This document shows, in pieces, positions 1-5,978 of a DNA stretch of 10,927 nt (positions within the stretch are counted from its first letter, which is position 1; each line of letters opens with the position of its first letter). A program made the translations under genes and the position numbers. Below the pieces are notes generated by a model. The model worked only from the letters and a program-made list of their open reading frames with translations, had not been told where the DNA came from and searched no databases. The stretch is from Candidatus Latescibacterota bacterium (lineage in GTDB: Bacteria; Latescibacterota; UBA2968; UBA8231): positions 1 to 10,927 of the forward strand of contig CBDBIJ010000013.1 in assembly GCA_965205655.1 (NCBI GenBank). The letters run 5' to 3'.

Positions 1-102
1 CAGGCTGTAACCGATCTCAAGAGCTGCCGCCGCGAGAGCGCCGAGGACGGCGCGGCGCATGGTGCTGAAACTGTCGACGATGACGAAGACGAGGAGGGGT
101 AA
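1..102 (+). CDS. 3' end of an unidentified protein with an acidic C-terminal tail (partial)
   Basis: Frame 1 reads QAVTDLKSCRRESAEDGAAHGAETVDDDEDEEG to TAA at 100-102. It converges on the kinase stop at 164. Too short to assign a family. Confidence 0.55.
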   Translation, partial: QAVTDLKSCRRESAEDGAAHGAETVDDDEDEEG

Positions 103-163
103 AGCGTCGAGAAGAAGAATTGACCAATCCATCAGCCGCTGCAGGAAGTGAGTTGGCAGGCGA

Positions 164-2185
164 TCAGGAACGGATAATTCTGAATGTCGTTCCCTCAGAG
201 TGGTCGAGCTCGAGCCGGGCTTTGAGCTGGCCAACAAGAGTATTGACGAGTCTCAACCCCAGGGTGTCCGTGCTTTCGAGATCGATGTCGGACGGGAATC
301 CGCTGCCATCGTCGCTGACGGAGAGCGTGAACGTGTCATCCTTTTCGCTCGCCGCGAGCCTGATAAGAATCCGCCCCTTGCGAGAATCGTCGAAGCCATA
401 TTTCAACGAATTGGAAACGAGCTCGTTGATGATCAGGCCCAGAGGGATGGCTTTGTCGATTGTCAGCAGGACCCTGTCAATCTCGACGGCGAGTGAAATG
501 CGCTGCCGATCGGTGCCAAAGGACTCGAACAGATGGTCGGTGAGTCGTCTGACATAGCTGACGAAATCAATGCGCGCCAGATCGGCGGACTCGTAGAGCT
601 CTTCGTGGATGAGCGCCATCGAGCGGATCCGGTGCTGGCTGTCATCGAAAGCCTTGAGGAATGTCGTGCCCTCGACTTTTTCGGACTGCAGATGGAGCAG
701 GCTTGAAATGATCTGCAGGTTGTTCTTGACGCGATGGTGAATCTCCTTGAGGAGAACCTCCTTCTCTTCGAGTGAGGCGTTTATGCGCTCTTCCGCGTCC
801 TTGCGCTCCGTCACGTCCTGCACGACAACCTGAATCATGCTCACCTTGTTGACCTGCTCGTCCTCCGCATTCTCATAGATCGGGAAGACCGAGCCGGAAG
901 CCCATAGGTATCTGCCGTCCTTGTGCCGCCAGCGAAACTCCATGGGACTCGGCGACGTGCGATCAACCTCGTAGAAGAATTCGGTCGTGGAGACATCCTC
1001 CGGATGCATGATTTTCGAGTGGATGTCGGCGTTGCGGTAGAATTCCTGGGGTGAATAGCCGAGCCACGTTTCAACCTGAGGACTCACGTACAGGTAGTTG
1101 CCTTCTCCGTCCAGGAGCATGACGACAAAGTTCGGGGTCTCGACGAGCGTCCGGTAGCGCTGTTCGGAGAGCGCCAGCTGTTGCAGATCCTCGACGCGAC
1201 GAAAGCCTTCGGACAGTACCTCAGCGAGTTCCTCAAAAAAGCTGATGTCGCGTTCGGAGAAAGCGTTCGGGACTGTGCTGTTGATGGTCAGGGTGCCAAA
1301 AGAGAAGGGCACGTCGACGATAGAGCGCACGAGACCGAACAGTTCAATGATGCGATCCCGCTCTTCGTGAGGGTCGTCGCTTTCAAGGTCGGGTCTATAC
1401 AGGAGCTCGGAGCCGCGCCAGGTGTTTGCGACGAGGGCGGCATGGCTCTGGGTATCTGCGATCATCCACTCGCCCTGTTTGGAGATGCCGGAGGAGCCAT
1501 ATGAGCTGTACGAATGGAGCATGGCCGGCTCCGTCAGCTCAACGACGTTTACGGCGCAGTGGGCGAAAGGAACCGTCATTTTCTCGAGGCCGACGCGAAT
1601 GCTCTCGAGCACTTTCGTGATGTCGTCGGCGCCAACCATACTCCACACGGTCTCTCTGACCTGCTGCAGGACCATCCGCCGCGACTCGTGGTACTTGCGC
1701 TCCGTGATGTCGCGGGCGACGCCGTGGGTGCCGACGAAATCGCTGCCCTTGTAAAGGCCGCTGGCGCTGATGGAAAAATGACGAACGTCCATCTCCACTT
1801 CGCGCGTATCGCCGGCCCGCGATCGCAAGCGGACCTCGACCCGCCGGGCCGCACGCTCACCGGTGCGGCGCTCGTGAAAAGCCCGGCCGACGGTCTCCGC
1901 ATCCATGGGATGGAGAATTTCGCTGTAGTGGCGGCCGATAATTTCAGTGGGGTTGTATCCCAGCAGATTGCTGATTTCAGCGTTGGCGAAGGTGAAATTG
2001 CCGTCGCTGTCGAGGACGTAGATGAAATCGGAGCTGCCCTCGATCAGGGCTCGGTAGCGCGCCTCCGACAAGGCCAGGTCCTGGACCATATCGCGCTGGC
2101 CGCGATCGTGGAGCTCCTCCCGCAAAGCGAGGACCTCACCGAGAAGGTCCTCCTTGCTCATCGTGGTCGCGTCGCCTTCGCTCAA
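164..2185 (-). CDS. Cytoplasmic sensor histidine kinase, PAS-GAF-PAS-HisKA_2-HATPase
   Basis: PAS1 RYRALIEGSSDFIYVLDSDGNFTFAN...VARDITERK; GAF-like middle ending FSERDISFFEELA; PAS2 ending VVVQDVTERK; HisKA_2 H-box KEIHHRVKNNLQIISSLL; N-box INELVSNSLKY; G1 VSDDGSGFP; G2 TLGLRLV. No transmembrane segment seen. Start uncertain: TTG at 2185 or ATG at 2161. Confidence 0.95.
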   Translation of the reverse strand: MSEGDATTMSKEDLLGEVLALREELHDRGQRDMVQDLALSEARYRALIEGSSDFIYVLDSDGNFTFANAEISNLLGYNPTEIIGRHYSEILHPMDAETVGRAFHERRTGERAARRVEVRLRSRAGDTREVEMDVRHFSISASGLYKGSDFVGTHGVARDITERKYHESRRMVLQQVRETVWSMVGADDITKVLESIRVGLEKMTVPFAHCAVNVVELTEPAMLHSYSSYGSSGISKQGEWMIADTQSHAALVANTWRGSELLYRPDLESDDPHEERDRIIELFGLVRSIVDVPFSFGTLTINSTVPNAFSERDISFFEELAEVLSEGFRRVEDLQQLALSEQRYRTLVETPNFVVMLLDGEGNYLYVSPQVETWLGYSPQEFYRNADIHSKIMHPEDVSTTEFFYEVDRTSPSPMEFRWRHKDGRYLWASGSVFPIYENAEDEQVNKVSMIQVVVQDVTERKDAEERINASLEEKEVLLKEIHHRVKNNLQIISSLLHLQSEKVEGTTFLKAFDDSQHRIRSMALIHEELYESADLARIDFVSYVRRLTDHLFESFGTDRQRISLAVEIDRVLLTIDKAIPLGLIINELVSNSLKYGFDDSRKGRILIRLAASEKDDTFTLSVSDDGSGFPSDIDLESTDTLGLRLVNTLVGQLKARLELDHSEGTTFRIIRS

Positions 2186-2271
2186 GCCTCGTCCACCATG
2201 TGACAGTTGCGATTTGCAATATCAGACTCAGAAAGTACACCGCTGGCATAGTCGGACAACCTGAAGCTGCC

Positions 2272-2303
2272 AAGAAACAAACACGGGAACCCGTCGTCAC
2301 GGG
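2272..2303 (-). terminator. Possible weak intrinsic terminator after the G1PDH-like gene
   Basis: Minus strand CCCGT-GACG-ACGGG (or ACGG-GTTC-CCGT) short stems followed by GTTTGTTTCTT. The stems are only 4-5 bp. Confidence 0.2.
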
Positions 2304-3643
2304 AATGTGTGCTCCAGCTGTTCGATCAGTTGGTCGGCGCAGACCCCGAGGAGCCCCAGCTCGCTGCACAGATGGAGTATCGTGTACCGGGATCGGATGT
2401 GCTGGCTGAACATGAGGGCAGATCGCGCCCGTTCCCTGGATACGCCGATGGCGCTGAAGCGAACCGGACAGCCCGCGGCAAGGAGGTCGGATCGCACATC
2501 TGCACGGCTGCGCAGGCGATCTGCCAGCACCTGCCATATGGCGTCCGCGTCGTTGCGCCATCTCGCCAGGCGTTCCGCTCTTTGCGCCGTCGTGCCGTGG
2601 GTCTGGCGCGCCGTGTCCAATACAGAACCGGACAGCTTTCCGAAATGCCGCCGCAGGGATGTTTCCACCTGCGCCCACGAAGCTGGCGATGTGCTCGAGG
2701 CATCCCGAGTGAGCTCAGCGCTGCGCAGCTGTTCGTAAAGGGATGTCGTGGCGAGCGTGGCGACGCCAACCTGTCGTCCGTGGAGATCGGCAGTGGCGCC
2801 GTATTCTGGTGCCGTCATGTCGAGGTAGTGGCTGATGAGGTGCTCTCCGCCGCTGACCGGAGCGGAAGATGACTGCATGGCGAGTCCGGAAATACAGAGC
2901 GCGCCCGTCAATCTGGCGATCGCCTCCGACTCCCTCTGCGGCAGTCTGCCGGCGATCCCCTGTATGAGCTCGCCGCTGGCGTCGACCGTCTCGAGAAGCT
3001 TGGGATCATACGCTGAATCAGTGAGGACATGGCTCAAATACCAATCCGCCGTGCTCACCGATCTGGAGATGAGGTCGCCGAATCCGGCGGTGATCATTTC
3101 GTATGGCGCTTGTGCCATCAGATCGAGATCAGCCAGGCACGCGAGCGTTGGCCTGCAGGGCACGCTCTGCTTGACTCCGTCGATCATCATGGCGGCGATG
3201 CCGGACGTGTAACCGTTCATGGAAGGAGCGGTGGCGACAACGGCGCAGCGGAGGCCGGCGCGCTGGGCGGCGAGCTTTGTTATGTCACTGATGGTGCCGG
3301 AGCCGATGGCGATGACGGCCGTCACCTCGCCGGAGGATTCTCCCACGCAGGACCGGACTGCATCCACTTCGGCGACCCCGGCGACCGGTTTCGTGCCGCC
3401 CTTCCGAGGCTCAACGATGAAACGCTGATGGGGAAGCTCAGCACGCCGAAGAGAAGCCTCGAGGCTGGGGCCGGCCAGCGACCACGTCGTGCGGTCGGCG
3501 ACGAGCAGCCAGGAGCCCGACGGCAACAGCTGCTGTAGTGCCGGGCCGGCATGGGTGAGGAGATCCCGTTCGAGACGGACGAGACGAGTATCCGTGCCCG
3601 CCAGATGACGGGAGACTTCGCGGTTCAGGGCGGTTGCGTTCAA
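2297..3643 (-). CDS. sn-glycerol-1-phosphate dehydrogenase family protein (AraM/EgsA-like; dehydroquinate synthase/Fe-ADH superfamily)
   Basis: NAD-binding GSGTISDITK, TAPSMNGYTS, metal-binding AGFGDL, SGGEHLISHYLDM and LHGRQVGV, and a C-terminal IRSRYTILH motif typical of the bacterial AraM type. TTG start with no clear RBS. Confidence 0.85.
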   Translation of the reverse strand: MNATALNREVSRHLAGTDTRLVRLERDLLTHAGPALQQLLPSGSWLLVADRTTWSLAGPSLEASLRRAELPHQRFIVEPRKGGTKPVAGVAEVDAVRSCVGESSGEVTAVIAIGSGTISDITKLAAQRAGLRCAVVATAPSMNGYTSGIAAMMIDGVKQSVPCRPTLACLADLDLMAQAPYEMITAGFGDLISRSVSTADWYLSHVLTDSAYDPKLLETVDASGELIQGIAGRLPQRESEAIARLTGALCISGLAMQSSSAPVSGGEHLISHYLDMTAPEYGATADLHGRQVGVATLATTSLYEQLRSAELTRDASSTSPASWAQVETSLRRHFGKLSGSVLDTARQTHGTTAQRAERLARWRNDADAIWQVLADRLRSRADVRSDLLAAGCPVRFSAIGVSRERARSALMFSQHIRSRYTILHLCSELGLLGVCADQLIEQLEHTFP

Positions 3644-3787
3644 GCGGGCTCGAGAGCAGTCACTTGAGTTGTCAAATACACGACGACAATCGCCGCCCGG
3701 TGCAAGTCAAGTGCATGGACACGACAATGGGAATTTAGTATGAATATGGCGCGCTCCTCGAACTCCAAGAAAACAATGGGGGTCAAC
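3644..3787. promoter_or_regulatory. Divergent promoter region with an inverted repeat and short direct repeats
   Basis: AT-richer gap between divergent genes. Inverted repeat CACTTGAGTTG (3661-3671) / CAAGTCAAGTG (3703-3713). Candidate + strand promoter TGGACA (3716-3721)-N17-TATGAA (3739-3744). Confidence 0.4.
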
Positions 3788-4786
3788 ATGAAAAGCGGAC
3801 ACCGTTTATTGGCAGTTCTCTGTGTGGGCGTCGTGTCTCACACTCTGATAGTCGATGGAACTGCGCAGACACGCGAACAGGGTCCCTGGTGGCCACATCC
3901 GATCTGGGGGGCGGACGACCAGGCCGGAGGTTCGAACTGGGTGACGCCTGAAAAGGTTCTCGAAGCTGCACGTCTCGTGAAGACCGGCAAGATCTACGAG
4001 CTCGGACAGGTCTATGACCACGAAATGCCCCTCTTCGGACAGCGAACCTATGCTCTGTTCATTCCCGGCTCCCCAACTGGGGGCCCTCTCGGCGATAACG
4101 GTGTTATCTGGCACGACGAAGTTCTGACAACCGAAATCGGGCAAGTCGGCACTCAATTCGATGGTCCGGGTCACATCGGAATTCACACCACTATGGGTGA
4201 CGGTACCGAGAAGGATCTATTCTACAACGGCACGCCGATAGAGGAAATGAGAGGTCCGTACGGCCTCCAGAAGCTGGGTATCGAAAACGTCAAGCCCTAC
4301 GTGACGCGCGGCATACTCATCGACGTCGCTGGCACGAAAGGTGTGGAGGCGCTCGAACACAGCTACGAAGTGACAGTAGCCGATGTCAGAGCAGCGCTGA
4401 AGAGGCAGGGCCTGTCGGAGAAGGATGTGAAAGATGGAGACGCCCTGTTCTTCCGCTATGGCTGGTCGAAATACTGGACCGATGCGGAGAAATACAACAC
4501 CGATCCTCCAGGGATCGGCCTCGAAGTCGCAGGCTGGTTGATCGAGCAGAATGCCTCCATGTTCGGCTCCGATCAATGGTGCAGCGAAGTGATTCCCAAT
4601 CCCGATCCGACCATGGCGTTTCCCGTGCACACGGAGCTCATCGCCAAACAAGGGATCTGGAATCTCGAAAACATGGTGTACGACGAACTCGTCGAAGACG
4701 AGGTTTACGAGTTCATGTTCGTCTTCACGCCAATACGATTCAAGGGTGGAACGGGATCGCCCGGACGACCGATCGCCGTCCGCTAG
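3788..4786 (+). CDS. Secreted cyclase-family metal-dependent hydrolase (kynurenine formamidase/isatin hydrolase-like)
   Basis: Motif QVGTQFDGPGH (variant of HxGTHxDxPxH), VTRGILIDV, FRYGW, PGIG, GSD, PVH...GIWNLEN, GTGSPGRPIA. Signal peptide-like N-terminus MKSGHRLLAVLCVGVVSHTLIVDGTAQ. ATG 3788 follows a GGGGG RBS-like run; the ORF track start at 3740 is an alternative. Confidence 0.9.
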   Translation: MKSGHRLLAVLCVGVVSHTLIVDGTAQTREQGPWWPHPIWGADDQAGGSNWVTPEKVLEAARLVKTGKIYELGQVYDHEMPLFGQRTYALFIPGSPTGGPLGDNGVIWHDEVLTTEIGQVGTQFDGPGHIGIHTTMGDGTEKDLFYNGTPIEEMRGPYGLQKLGIENVKPYVTRGILIDVAGTKGVEALEHSYEVTVADVRAALKRQGLSEKDVKDGDALFFRYGWSKYWTDAEKYNTDPPGIGLEVAGWLIEQNASMFGSDQWCSEVIPNPDPTMAFPVHTELIAKQGIWNLENMVYDELVEDEVYEFMFVFTPIRFKGGTGSPGRPIAVR

Positions 4787-4804
4787 TGCTCTGTTAAAGA
4801 GTTG
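4786..4804 (+). repeat. IS630 terminal inverted repeat at the transposase 3' end (IRR)
   Basis: GTGCTCTGTTAAAGAGTTG. The first 12 nt match the other end perfectly, and it contains the transposase TAA stop (4794-4796). Confidence 0.9.
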
Positions 4805-5366
4805 GCATTGAGTTTTGGACTTTGGTGAGCTTGGCGTTTTGCGTGTTCTTGTTGCGCCATTTCAGGTACTCCTGCATGCGCTGGCCAACATCTCGATGGT
4901 CGTCAGGGTCACTATTCTTGATGACGAAGTAATGGGCTGCCGTGAGATGACATTCGAGCCGATTCATCCATGAGGCGTTGGTGGCGGTGAATACGGGCGA
5001 AACCTGGTTGTGTCGGCACCACTGCAAGATCGTTGGTGTCTTGTGCGTCGATAAATTGTCCATGACCACGTAGATCCGTTTCGCCTCGGGGTAGCGGCAA
5101 CGAATGGCCTTGAGGAAGTCGAGCACGACCGTCGCATGCTTTTTTCTCTTGTGGTGCATCCACAGGATGTCCTCATGAACGTTATAGGCTCCGAAGAAGT
5201 AGCTGACGCCACCACGGCGGGTGTAGGTTGCCCGATGCCTGACCGGGTGCTTCCGCGGTGCCCAGGAAGAGCCGGCATGCGGCTTGATCTGGACCGGTCC
5301 GAGCTCGTCGAAGCAGACTACGACCGTGTCTTTCGGCGCTCGCTTGTAGAGTCGGTTGATGCGTTT
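4794..5366 (-). CDS. IS630 transposase catalytic DDE part (OrfB), reached by -1 frameshift
   Basis: The frame of ORF 4794..5159 stays open upstream to the A8 run: KRINRLYKRAPKDTVVVCFDELGP...YFFGAYNV...IYVVMDNLSTHK...NASWMNRLECH. The catalytic D (FDE), D (MDN) and E (RLE) are all present. Confidence 0.92.
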   Translation of the reverse strand, partial: KRINRLYKRAPKDTVVVCFDELGPVQIKPHAGSSWAPRKHPVRHRATYTRRGGVSYFFGAYNVHEDILWMHHKRKKHATVVLDFLKAIRCRYPEAKRIYVVMDNLSTHKTPTILQWCRHNQVSPVFTATNASWMNRLECHLTAAHYFVIKNSDPDDHRDVGQRMQEYLKWRNKNTQNAKLTKVQNSMPTL

Positions 5367-5854
5367 TTTTTAGAGGCAAACTTCGGGTCCTTCGATTCTT
5401 TCCACGTGCGCGTCCTTTGGTAGGTAACTTTATGCTCGTCCAGGACTTTGCCGATGGTCACATGAGAGACCTCGGGAATCATCTGCCTTCCCACCAGGCA
5501 GTCGGTCAGCTTGCGCAACGACCACTGGTTGAACGGTTGGCCGAAGGCGCGAGGAGGCATCGTGGCAATTTCCACCACCACGGACTCATCCTCCGGCGTC
5601 AACGTCGGTGGACGACCCGGGCGCGCCCGCGTGCGCAGAGCCGCCAATCCCTCCTCGTTGTATCGGCGGATCAGTTTGCGGACATACTCCTCGTGCAGAG
5701 GCAAAGCCGCCGAGATTTCTTGGACCCGCATACCCTGGGCGCTGAACGAGATCAGCTGCCCGCGGCGCATCTGCACGGCGTTGCGAGGTCGCTTCAGCCA
5801 CCGGCCCAACTCTTTCGATTCCGCCGCATTCGGCGCCCGAACATGGAGACACAT
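5318..5854 (-). CDS. IS630 transposase N-terminal HTH part (OrfA)
   Basis: HTH VQEISAALPLHEEYVRKLIRRYNEEGLAAL, RPGRP linker, second HTH WSLRKL...VSHVTIGKVL, then TWKESKDPKF. GGAGG RBS (5863-5867) lies 8 nt before ATG 5854. Confidence 0.92.
   Translation of the reverse strand: MCLHVRAPNAAESKELGRWLKRPRNAVQMRRGQLISFSAQGMRVQEISAALPLHEEYVRKLIRRYNEEGLAALRTRARPGRPPTLTPEDESVVVEIATMPPRAFGQPFNQWSLRKLTDCLVGRQMIPEVSHVTIGKVLDEHKVTYQRTRTWKESKDPKFASKKNASTDSTSERRKTRS
5363..5371 (-). other. Programmed -1 frameshift / slippage site (A8C; A AAA AAC)
   Basis: TCT AAA AAA AAC in the OrfA frame. A -1 shift joins OrfA (163 codons) to OrfB (190 codons), giving about 353 aa, a typical IS630 transposase size. Confidence 0.85.
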
Positions 5855-5919
5855 AGGAAAAACCTCCAGAAGGATTCAACATATGTCTCCATGATACAAC
5901 GACTTATGACAAAGTACAA
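5842..5919 (-). promoter_or_regulatory. Transposase sigma70-type promoter and start-codon-sequestering hairpin
   Basis: Minus strand TTGTAC (5919-5914)-N17-TATCAT (5896-5891). Inverted repeat arms 5881-5893 and 5842-5854 can form a 13-bp RNA stem (one G-U pair) covering the AUG. Confidence 0.65.
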
Positions 5920-5922
5920 GCT

Positions 5923-5941
5923 CAATTTCTTAACAGAGCAC
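5923..5941 (-). repeat. IS630 terminal inverted repeat at the transposase 5' end (IRL)
   Basis: Reverse complement GTGCTCTGTTAAGAAATTG matches 4786-4804 at 16 of 19 positions. Confidence 0.9.
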
Positions 5942-5978
5942 TAGTGCGCTGAAGACCTCCAGGGCCGGGTCGTCCGCG

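Larger units (their letters stand above)
4786..5941 (-). mobile_element. Complete IS630-family insertion sequence (about 1.16 kb) with TA target duplication in CTAG
   Basis: Left end reads CTAGTGCTCTGTTAAAGAGTTG from 4783. The reverse complement of the right end (from 5944) reads CTAGTGCTCTGTTAAGAAATTG. TA at 4784-4785 and 5942-5943. The ends enclose an HTH + DDE transposase. Confidence 0.95.

Noticed and set aside
2190..2290. Possible sigma54 promoter suggested by TGGCA and TTGCA words
   Set aside because: No GG-N10-GC spacing at those words on either strand.
120..3552. Long overlapping ORFs (e.g. 120..557, 1514..2203, 2136..2678, 2309..2872, 3029..3538)
   Set aside because: They are antisense or off-frame shadows of the kinase and dehydrogenase genes, as expected at high GC, and show no recognisable motifs.
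4794..5159. 121-aa ORF as an independent gene, or the transposase as a pseudogene
   Set aside because: It lacks the first catalytic Asp, and its frame extends to the slippery A8 site, so it is the recoded C-terminal half.
4786..5941. RNA-guided element (TnpB/IscB or IS110 bridge RNA) or cargo within the IS
   Set aside because: The element is a DDE IS630 filled by its transposase, with only about 87 nt non-coding at one end and no RuvC or DEDD motifs.
5417..5944. 175-aa + strand ORF ending at the TAG of the right junction
   Set aside because: It is antisense to OrfA with no motifs or clear RBS. Its stop simply coincides with the CTAG target.
5895..5978. Outward-facing IS promoter driving the GH123-like gene
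   Set aside because: No properly spaced -35/-10 pair was found on the + strand.
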